A stretch of DNA of 16,727 bases. It comes from a virus. Made by a program: the position numbers and the translations under genes. The stretch lies in IMG/VR virus record IMGVR_UViG_3300026549_000335, positions 1 to 16,727 of that record. One strand, written 5' to 3'. The stretch's first letter is position 1, and each line of letters opens with the position of its first letter. The notes under the pieces were generated by a model that saw only the letters and a list, made by a program, of their open reading frames with translations, was not told where the DNA came from and made no database searches. Below, piece by piece: positions 8,228 through 14,469 of this stretch.

Positions 8228-8426
8228 TCTTATCACTTCTTTCCACATTTAATATGTCACACAATTTCTGCAATACTAATGTGTTTTCATTTAATGCAGT
8301 GGTAAACTTATCTGTTTCGTTCTTATGACTTTCATTTAGTTTCATACAGTACCATGCTAAACATAAACACATTACTATAGGAAAGCCTACTGTTGTGATA
8401 GCCTGCATAACTACGTTTATATCCAT
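8220..8426 (-). CDS. Holin (single N-terminal TMD, BhlA/UviB-like)
   Basis: 68 aa with RBS AAAGGAGA. One hydrophobic helix (AITTVGFPIVMCLCLAWYCM) is followed by a charged, coiled tail. It lies immediately upstream of the endolysin. Confidence 0.6.
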   Translation of the reverse strand: MDINVVMQAITTVGFPIVMCLCLAWYCMKLNESHKNETDKFTTALNENTLVLQKLCDILNVERSDKNE

Positions 8427-8458
8427 GTTTATATCTCCTTTCTTTTTATTCTATTTTA

Positions 8459-8487
8459 ATTATATCATATTACTTGAAATATTGCAA
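8459..8487 (-). promoter_or_regulatory. Late-operon promoter (sigma-A type with extended -10)
   Basis: Minus-sense TTGCAA (8487-8482), a 17-nt spacer, then TGATATAAT (8467-8459). It lies about 33 nt upstream of the holin ATG. Confidence 0.65.
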
Positions 8488-8502
8488 TATATATGATATA
8501 AT
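8474..8502 (+). promoter_or_regulatory. Packaging-ATPase promoter (sigma-A type with extended -10)
   Basis: TTGAAA (8474-8479), a 17-nt spacer, then TGATATAAT (8494-8502). It lies about 45 nt upstream of the ATG at 8548. Confidence 0.65.
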
Positions 8503-8547
8503 AAATTGAGATAATTATAGTTAATTTTAAGAAAAGAGTACAACAAT

Positions 8548-9588
8548 ATGAGTGAAAATAAATACTATGACGGAACTAAATTGTTATCAATGAAAGATAT
8601 AAACGGATTAAAACCCGAACTATTTTTATGTACCACTAATAGAAGTGGTGGTAAGACAACTTATTTTGGTAGACTATTAATCAACAGATTTCTAAAGTAT
8701 GGTAAAAAATTCTGTTTAATTTATAGGTACAACTATGAACTTGATGATGTATCTAATAAGTTCTTTAAGGATTTACAGACATTATTTTTTAGTAATTATA
8801 CTATGGAAAGTGAACGGTGTGCAAGTGGTATCTATCATAGTTTGTTTTTAAATGAACAGCACTGTGGTTATGCTATAAGTTTAAATAGCGCAGACCAATT
8901 GAAAAAATATAGCCACTTACTTAGTGATACTGATAGTATGTTATTCGATGAATTTCAAAGTGAAACTAATCACTATTGCAGTGATGAAATAAGAAAATTT
9001 ATCAGCGTACATACAAGTATAGCAAGAGGCCACGGAGAGCAGGCAAGGTATCTTCCTGTATATATGTTAAGTAATGCTGTTAGTATTATCAATCCTTATT
9101 ATACGGAATTAGGAATATCTGAAAGACTAAACAGTGAGACTAATTTCTTAAAGGGTGACGGGTTTGTACTTGAAAGTGGTTTCATAGAAACTGCTAGTAA
9201 GGCACAAAAAGAGAGTGGTTTCAATAGGGCATTTAAGAATAATCAGTATGTCGCATATTCAAGTGAGAATGTGTACTTAAATGATAACACTGCTTTTATT
9301 GATACTCCTGTAGGAAAAGGAAAGTATATTGCAACCTTAAGATATATGAACCATGACTATGCTGTGAAACAATATAGTGAGCAGGGTTTCTTATATATTG
9401 ATGATAAAGCAGACAGTACTTTTAGAGCTAAAATAAGTGTTACTGTTAATGACCATGATATTAATTATGTTATGTTAAAACAGAATGATTTATTTATTAG
9501 TCAATTGAGATACTATTTTGAAAAAGGTTGTTTTAGATTTAAGAACCTTAAATGCAAAGAAGTTTTATTTAAGACTATTAGTTATTAG
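8548..9588 (+). CDS. DNA packaging (encapsidation) ATPase, gp16-like
   Basis: 346 aa (phi29 gp16 is about 332 aa). Walker A-like NRSGGKTT and Walker B MLFDEF are present. It is the only credible plus-strand gene. Confidence 0.8.
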   Translation: MSENKYYDGTKLLSMKDINGLKPELFLCTTNRSGGKTTYFGRLLINRFLKYGKKFCLIYRYNYELDDVSNKFFKDLQTLFFSNYTMESERCASGIYHSLFLNEQHCGYAISLNSADQLKKYSHLLSDTDSMLFDEFQSETNHYCSDEIRKFISVHTSIARGHGEQARYLPVYMLSNAVSIINPYYTELGISERLNSETNFLKGDGFVLESGFIETASKAQKESGFNRAFKNNQYVAYSSENVYLNDNTAFIDTPVGKGKYIATLRYMNHDYAVKQYSEQGFLYIDDKADSTFRAKISVTVNDHDINYVMLKQNDLFISQLRYYFEKGCFRFKNLKCKEVLFKTISY

Positions 9589-9706
9589 GTATCTGCTGTT
9601 GTATGTTCACTTGATACTACTAGGAAGCACGTTTGGAAGATAACGCTAGTATGTATTGTCGTAAATGCTATGCGCTTGTGTTCTGCAATAGTTATAGATA
9701 TAGAAG

Positions 9707-9735
9707 AGGCAAGAGTATTTTACTCCTGCCTTTTT
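9707..9735. terminator. Bidirectional terminator between convergent ATPase and early/replication transcripts
   Basis: AGGCAAGAGTA ttt TACTCCTGCCT. There is one A-C mismatch in plus sense, which is G-U in minus sense. TTTTTGCTTTATTTG follows on the plus strand. It starts 8 nt after the minus-strand stop at 9739. Confidence 0.7.
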
Positions 9736-9738
9736 GCT

Positions 9739-9972
9739 TTATTTGTAAAAATGATTATGTATATCTGTTGCGATTAATATGCTCAATGATAGTACAATTT
9801 CTCTTGTATCTGTTTTCTTTATAAAATCGTATGATAAAAACTTTGCTATGTATAAACCATTTAAGCAATATTCTATTTTATACTGCTCTGTATATGGTAC
9901 ATCATAAAACTCGATTGAGCCTTTAAATCTTCTGCGTAGTTCCTGCACTACTTTTTCCATTTTATCGTTCAT
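9739..9972 (-). CDS. Hypothetical protein (77 aa)
   Basis: I prefer the ATG at 9972 (MNDKMEKVV), which has RBS AAAGGAGAG 8 nt upstream. The track start at 10053 lacks an RBS and overlaps the mini-ORF below. Confidence 0.55.
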   Translation of the reverse strand: MNDKMEKVVQELRRRFKGSIEFYDVPYTEQYKIEYCLNGLYIAKFLSYDFIKKTDTREIVLSLSILIATDIHNHFYK

Positions 9973-9976
9973 AAAT

Positions 9977-10102
9977 TTATCTCTCCTTTGTAAAATAATC
10001 ACAATCATATCTGTACTTGCAGAAACAACAAATATGATTACAAGTTTTTTCATGTTTATTTGCTTTGTATCTGTAATATAAATCTTCTAACCATGTTATC
10101 AT
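9977..10102 (-). CDS. Cys-rich mini-protein (41 aa), not in the supplied ORF track
   Basis: My hand translation gives MITWLEDLYYRYKANKHEKTCNHICCFCKYRYDCDYFTKER. A strong RBS AAAGGAGAG lies 6 nt upstream. The start overlaps the upstream stop (ATGA). Confidence 0.5.
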   Translation of the reverse strand: MITWLEDLYYRYKANKHEKTCNHICCFCKYRYDCDYFTKER

Positions 10103-10266
10103 ATTTTTCTCTCCTTTAAATGACGTATTACATCTTTAATATCTCTTTGCATAAAGTATATATCGCAATAATCACATTGTAATGGGTAATTGCATATACC
10201 GCAATTCTTATAAACTAATTTTTGCTTTTTATGATTTAGTAACATAATTAATAATTTGTTTAACAA
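10099..10266 (-). CDS. CxxC-x5-CxxC zinc-ribbon-like mini-protein (55 aa from TTG, or 48 aa from the ATG at 10245), not in the supplied ORF track
   Basis: My hand translation gives (M)LNKLLIMLLNHKKQKLVYKNCGICNYPLQCDYCDIYFMQRDIKDVIRHLKERKI. The TTG at 10266 is preceded by AGGTGA, which spans the polymerase stop codon. Confidence 0.45.
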   Translation of the reverse strand: MLNKLLIMLLNHKKQKLVYKNCGICNYPLQCDYCDIYFMQRDIKDVIRHLKERKI

Positions 10267-10272
10267 AACGTT

Positions 10273-12216
10273 TCACCTCATTTCATATGTTGTGTCCACC
10301 AATAACACACCACCTTTAATTCTTTTTGGTAGTAATTTTCCAGGGACACATAAACCAATCTTAAAATCACTGTAGTCTCTTTTTGTTTCTAAGAATTTTA
10401 ATTCACTTTGTGTATAGTTATCACTCTCCTTTGCTTCATAACCCTGCATTGACTTGTTAAATAAATCTTTACATTTCTGTGGCATACCTGCACATTTAAT
10501 ATCATTATATGGTTCGTCAACAGGAACTAAATCATTGTGAGTTATGTGTTCTATATATGTTTTCTGCCTTGTAAAAATAGCTGTGTCCCAACTGCTTTCT
10601 AATTTCCAACAACAAAATTTAACAGGGTCTACTGTTATGCCTTTTATCTTATTAGCAGGTAAGTCACAATGTATACTGTCAGTGTCAGCGTAAATAAATC
10701 CTGCTTTATCTACACCATAGTAATTTTTTTGAGCAGCTGTTATCGTAAAGTTTCGCGCATAGGATGTTATTGCACTGCCCGTTGCTATATGTCCCACCTT
10801 TTTATTATTAGCAGGGACTATATAGAAACCAATACTTTCATCCTCTTTTACATATGCAACCTTAAAACTGCTGTTGGAACTACTAGCAAGTTTACCATAA
10901 AGGTTATTGAGAAACAGTTTTGCTTCTGTACGCTTTGCACCTTTGCTATTCATTTTAATTTCTGCATAATGATTGATATAATTATCAAAAATTCCTATAG
11001 CAGAATAAAACCAACAGCCGTCTAAGATTTCAAAATCAACTAGTTCATAGTGTTTTAACATTAGTTTATAATCTGTCATGGTTATTGTCATTATCTGTGC
11101 CGTGTCTTTTATATTGCCATTAATATCTTTATAGTATCTGTTATAATTTCCATTTTTGTCTAATACATCACTAGTTGTTAATGACTCTGTGCCTTTATAT
11201 AAATGGTTACCTTTTATCTGAATAAATGGTAACATATTTTCTTTGATATAAAAGCGTGTTTTTATTCTTAAAAAGTAATATTTATTTTCGCCTATAGCTT
11301 CATCAGGTATTATATTACCTTTCCAAAAATATGGTTTACCTATCGGAAAATAATTACCACTTTGAGAGTGCATCATACTAGGATATAAAGAGTTCACATC
11401 TGCTGTTACACCATTATGTCTAACTATGTTTTCTTTTCCTTTTACTAAATAGCACCAACCACCTCTATAACTGTGACGTATATATTCGTCAGCATTTGAC
11501 GAACCATAAATATTTTTATCAAGTGTAAATTCATCAAGTGCAGGAAATAAGTCATTATAATCATAAGCACCTAGTGAGTTTTTATATTCTGCTACACAAC
11601 ATGAACCTATTGTAAGTTTATCATGTCTATCATTGAATAACTGTTCTAATGCTTCTTTAACTACTAATACGTCATTAGCTATATAACGTTTTTCGTCGTC
11701 AGTTATATTACATCCTGCATATCTATAACCATTATATTCCATGTCTAATTTTTGATGTTTTGTTTTAAAAGATTTACCTATTTGTTTTACCGAAAATGGT
11801 AATAGTTTTAAGCTATCTCTTAATTCGATAAAATGGTTATTAACTTTAATAGTAACCATATACCATTGACCCATAGATGATATAGTATATCTGAAAGTAT
11901 TATTTTTCATATATTTTTCTTTTATAAATTCACCTTGAGTGCCCTCATCATTAAATGACTCATATGCCTGTTCATATTTTAAATCTGTTAATAAATATGA
12001 TAGCCAAAAATTTCCATCAAATTTAAGGTTATGATAATAAGCTATTATGTCACACTCTAACGACTTAAAATAATTAAACTGTTCATCTATAGAATGAAAA
12101 ATTTGAACGTTCTCTGTGTATAATTCTACACTTGCACTAGCCCATACTTCTGTAGATTTTTGACCCTCATATACTGTTGTTTCAAAATCACACATAAATT
12201 TCCTATAGTTTCTCAT
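10273..12216 (-). CDS. Protein-primed family-B DNA polymerase (phi29 gp2-like)
   Basis: Exonuclease motifs: Exo I CDFETT, Exo II HNLKFDGNF, Exo III YIANDV. Polymerase motifs: A DVNSLYPS, B KLFLNNLYGK, C YADTDS, and KxY QKTYIEH. 647 aa. Confidence 0.95.
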   Translation of the reverse strand: MRNYRKFMCDFETTVYEGQKSTEVWASASVELYTENVQIFHSIDEQFNYFKSLECDIIAYYHNLKFDGNFWLSYLLTDLKYEQAYESFNDEGTQGEFIKEKYMKNNTFRYTISSMGQWYMVTIKVNNHFIELRDSLKLLPFSVKQIGKSFKTKHQKLDMEYNGYRYAGCNITDDEKRYIANDVLVVKEALEQLFNDRHDKLTIGSCCVAEYKNSLGAYDYNDLFPALDEFTLDKNIYGSSNADEYIRHSYRGGWCYLVKGKENIVRHNGVTADVNSLYPSMMHSQSGNYFPIGKPYFWKGNIIPDEAIGENKYYFLRIKTRFYIKENMLPFIQIKGNHLYKGTESLTTSDVLDKNGNYNRYYKDINGNIKDTAQIMTITMTDYKLMLKHYELVDFEILDGCWFYSAIGIFDNYINHYAEIKMNSKGAKRTEAKLFLNNLYGKLASSSNSSFKVAYVKEDESIGFYIVPANNKKVGHIATGSAITSYARNFTITAAQKNYYGVDKAGFIYADTDSIHCDLPANKIKGITVDPVKFCCWKLESSWDTAIFTRQKTYIEHITHNDLVPVDEPYNDIKCAGMPQKCKDLFNKSMQGYEAKESDNYTQSELKFLETKRDYSDFKIGLCVPGKLLPKRIKGGVLLVDTTYEMR

Positions 12217-12626
12217 ATATTATCTAAATCAGTAAACCCAAAATATTCGTTAATATCATTAGATTGTATTGCTGAAATACGTGACATATCGTGATTCGAC
12301 AGTAAGGGTATTAAATCTTCTGTTTTTGCCTGCACTACTTCTGAATATACACTTTCATTTATACTGTCTATTGCTGTTATAATTTCTGTTTCATTTTGTT
12401 GTAAATAATATTCATATTGCTCTTTTCCAAAATCTTCCTGCATTTGTTTCATAATTCCTAAAACAGTATAGTAAAAATTTTCAAGATTATAGTCTATAGC
12501 TTCACCACCATACGTGTATGTTTGCTTTTTACTAGGTAGCGCTTGCAACCTTGAAATAATACTATCTGTAACTGTATAGGTTTCTGCGCTTTGTCTTTGT
12601 GATATTTCTGTTTGTAAATCCTGCAA
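12213..12626 (-). CDS. Candidate terminal protein (137 aa), assigned by synteny only
   Basis: TTG start at 12626 with a strong RBS (GGAGAGGAGAAAAAGG). The stop overlaps the polymerase ATG (ATGA). It occupies the phi29 gene 3 position, between the SSB-like gene and the polymerase. I recognise no motif in it. Confidence 0.35.
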   Translation of the reverse strand: MQDLQTEISQRQSAETYTVTDSIISRLQALPSKKQTYTYGGEAIDYNLENFYYTVLGIMKQMQEDFGKEQYEYYLQQNETEIITAIDSINESVYSEVVQAKTEDLIPLLSNHDMSRISAIQSNDINEYFGFTDLDNI

Positions 12627-12647
12627 CCTTTTTCTCCTCTCCTCTCT

Positions 12648-12683
12648 AAATTAATAAGACCCCTGCTAACTTAATAGCAAGGG
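12648..12683 (-). terminator. Intra-operon stem-loop / partial terminator between the SSB and TP-polymerase genes
   Basis: CCCCTGCT aacttaat AGCAAGGG. The C-A mismatch in plus sense is G-U in minus sense, giving an 8-bp stem. Minus-sense UCUUAUUAAUUU follows. Confidence 0.5.
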
Positions 12684-12703
12684 CCAGCAGTAATATAAAA
12701 ATT

Positions 12704-13060
12704 TTATTTTACTGATTTTACGTCAAGTGCGCAGTCAATATAAGGTCTGCCTGCCTTTGTTGTACCGCTAACTTTGATAATACTAAACTGTTTACCGAGC
12801 ATGATGCGAGTGATGTTATTAAAACTACGCTTGAAAGTAGCTGACTGACAAGAGAATACCTCATTGTCTGGTGTAATAATTGATAAAATGCCAACACTAT
12901 CTCCGTTCTCTTTTTCATCTGTGAATGTAAGATAGCCTGCTACTGCAATGGATGTATTATCCTCTACGTCCTTGAGAGACTTAATGCCTCTATCTAATGT
13001 CATTAAATACTGCTCTACCTCTGTAAAATCCTTTGATTGTGTGTTAATTGTGATTGCCAT
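12704..13060 (-). CDS. Single-stranded DNA-binding protein, phi29 p5-like
   Basis: 118 aa (p5 is about 124 aa) with RBS AAAGGAGA. The C-terminal FSIIKVSGTTKAGRPYIDCAL resembles the p5 C-terminus as I recall it (FKVKVVQGTSSKGNVFFSLQL). It sits between the p6-like gene and the TP candidate. Confidence 0.5.
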   Translation of the reverse strand: MAITINTQSKDFTEVEQYLMTLDRGIKSLKDVEDNTSIAVAGYLTFTDEKENGDSVGILSIITPDNEVFSCQSATFKRSFNNITRIMLGKQFSIIKVSGTTKAGRPYIDCALDVKSVK

Positions 13061-13081
13061 AGTTGTTTATCTCCTTTTCTT

Positions 13082-13414
13082 TTATTCTGCTTCTGTCTGC
13101 TCTGTTGTTTCTATGCCAGCCTGCTCTGTTTTAATCTCTTTACGTGTAGCAGGGTCAAGTATTAATGCACCTGCGATAAAATCTGCTTCATCCATACCGT
13201 AAAGTTCGTTTACTTCTTTGAGTTCACGAATTGCAACGATAGTACATTCGTCAGTGTTATAAAGTTTTGATACTTTCTTTAATGCCTTGTCTTTTTCGAG
13301 AATTTTACCACTAAGTATAAAATCCTGTTCAAAAGTATCTGCTGTCTGTGGATTTACACATAACGCTTTTACTGAAGTTGAAATAATTGTACGTGTGACC
13401 ATTGGTTTTCTCAT
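13082..13414 (-). CDS. Histone-like dsDNA-binding protein, phi29 p6-like (paralog A)
   Basis: 110 aa (p6 is about 104 aa) with RBS AAAGGAGA. Three features are reminiscent of p6 as I recall it: the N-terminal MVTRTIISTSVKAL, the central ELYGMDEADFIAGALIL, and the acidic tail TEQAGIETTEQTEAE. It lies directly upstream of the SSB-like gene. Confidence 0.5.
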   Translation of the reverse strand: MRKPMVTRTIISTSVKALCVNPQTADTFEQDFILSGKILEKDKALKKVSKLYNTDECTIVAIRELKEVNELYGMDEADFIAGALILDPATRKEIKTEQAGIETTEQTEAE

Positions 13415-13517
13415 AGTTTTTCTCCTTTTCTATGTATTGTAATTTGTAATAAAGTTGTTACACACCAATAGGTGTAATAGTCAAGTTGATTTTTGCAATC
13501 TGTTTTGTGATAGCTTG

Positions 13518-13688
13518 CTATCTCTTGACTATAAAGCACGTAAGAAAATCATCTAATTTGTGACGAATTATGATTTTGCAATCGTCACGATAGATTGTTT
13601 CTGTTGTGACGTTTCGTTTATCTGTTCGACATATTACTTTGCGTGTATTAGGGTCTGTTATGAGTTGTACGAATAACGTTTCTATCAT
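13518..13688 (-). CDS. Hypothetical protein (56 aa)
   Basis: I prefer the ATG at 13688 (MIETLFVQ), which has RBS AAGGCGGTGA. The track start at 13745 is a TTG inside a stem-loop. Confidence 0.45.
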   Translation of the reverse strand: MIETLFVQLITDPNTRKVICRTDKRNVTTETIYRDDCKIIIRHKLDDFLTCFIVKR

Positions 13689-13714
13689 ATGATAATCACC
13701 GCCTTTTGAGGAGT

Positions 13715-13753
13715 CCGCACTATTGAGTGTCGTATTGACTAGCAATAGTGCGG
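13715..13753 (-). other. Perfect 11-bp inverted repeat (CCGCACTATTG N17 CAATAGTGCGG) in the 5' leader
   Basis: Direct reading. It is GC-rich relative to its surroundings and lies just upstream of the RBS for the 13688 start. No U-tract follows. Confidence 0.6.
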
Positions 13754-13849
13754 TTGTATAGTATTAAAGCAAAACGTAACTTGTAAATGGTGTAATACCT
13801 CTTTACATATTATATAGTACAGTAATAATGTAAATGCAGTATTTCTAAA

Positions 13850-13869
13850 TTATGAACATTTTATGAACT
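13850..13869. promoter_or_regulatory. Two TTATGAAC boxes 11 bp apart (candidate operator)
   Basis: TTATGAAC occurs at 13850-13857 and 13861-13868. The boxes are related to the TTGTGAACA boxes at 16528 and 16561. Confidence 0.4.
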
Positions 13870-13890
13870 TTTCCACATTTGACTTTCTGT

Positions 13891-13910
13891 AATTTACGAA
13901 AATTTACGAA
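13891..13910. repeat. Perfect 10-bp tandem duplication AATTTACGAA x2
   Basis: Direct reading, within the 177-bp intergenic region 13746-13922. Confidence 0.9.
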
Positions 13911-13922
13911 AACTTGTGTAAA

Positions 13923-14183
13923 TTATTCAAATACCTCTCTTTCTTCTACTTTCAAACGTTTGTCCATTTCTTCAATACACATTTCTGCATAATAAGTATT
14001 TAATTCATAAAGACAATTATATTCACCATACATTAAATAGTTGTAAGAATTTACTGTATTTATTAACGTCATTATATCGGACTTAAAACTTTTCATACCT
14101 GAGTATCTAATATTCCATATAATTTTCTTTACCATTCTGTATTTACGATATATTATTTTATTTTTAATTTTATAAAAGTTCAT
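13923..14183 (-). CDS. Small early protein, divergent member 3 of a tandem paralog family
   Basis: 86 aa, with RBS AAAGGAG followed by TATAAT-ATG. It has the same length and hydrophobic/aromatic pattern as the two upstream paralogs. Confidence 0.6.
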   Translation of the reverse strand: MNFYKIKNKIIYRKYRMVKKIIWNIRYSGMKSFKSDIMTLINTVNSYNYLMYGEYNCLYELNTYYAEMCIEEMDKRLKVEEREVFE

Positions 14184-14198
14184 ATTATAACAACTCCT

Positions 14199-14453
14199 TT
14201 ACGAAAAAACATCCATTTCTATCTGCTTTTTAAAATAATATGTGTCGTACTTTATAATACATTCCTGCATAAAATGTAATTCTATTGCAGTTATATTATC
14301 GTCAAAAAAATTTAAATTTACTGCATTAGTTAATAAATTTGTAATTTGCTCTAATAAATATACTGCATTAATAAAACTACACCATTTTGTTTCATATGGT
14401 TTGTAATATAATCTAATTTTACGTTCTAATGTATGTTTTCTTTTCTGAGTCAT
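14199..14453 (-). CDS. Small early protein, paralog family member 2
   Basis: 84 aa. It begins MTQKRKHTLERKIRL, against MTNKRKHQLERKVRI in the upstream gene. RBS GAGGAGA is followed by TATAAT-ATG. Confidence 0.7.
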   Translation of the reverse strand: MTQKRKHTLERKIRLYYKPYETKWCSFINAVYLLEQITNLLTNAVNLNFFDDNITAIELHFMQECIIKYDTYYFKKQIEMDVFS

Positions 14454-14469
14454 ATTATAAAATCTCCTC

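Noticed and set aside
9603-9611. A TGTTCAC box in plus-strand orientation just after the ATPase stop, resembling the early-region boxes
   Set aside because: A single 7-mer occurrence is within chance expectation for this genome size, and no partner box lies nearby.
9633-9824. Plus-strand 63-aa Cys-containing ORF, starting at a TTG preceded by AGGAAG
   Set aside because: It reads straight through the terminator hairpin at 9707-9731 and overlaps the convergent RBS-supported gene 9739-9972 by about 86 nt. The hydrophobic tail looks like antisense noise. I keep it only as a remote possibility for the 5' part (9633-9706).
10669-11025. Plus-strand ORF inside the polymerase gene
   Set aside because: It is antisense to a polymerase region carrying conserved motifs, and it has no RBS.
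12718-13202. ORFs 12718-12918 (minus) and 12948-13202 (plus)
   Set aside because: They are out-of-frame or antisense overlaps of the SSB-like and p6-like genes, which have strong RBSs and recognisable features.
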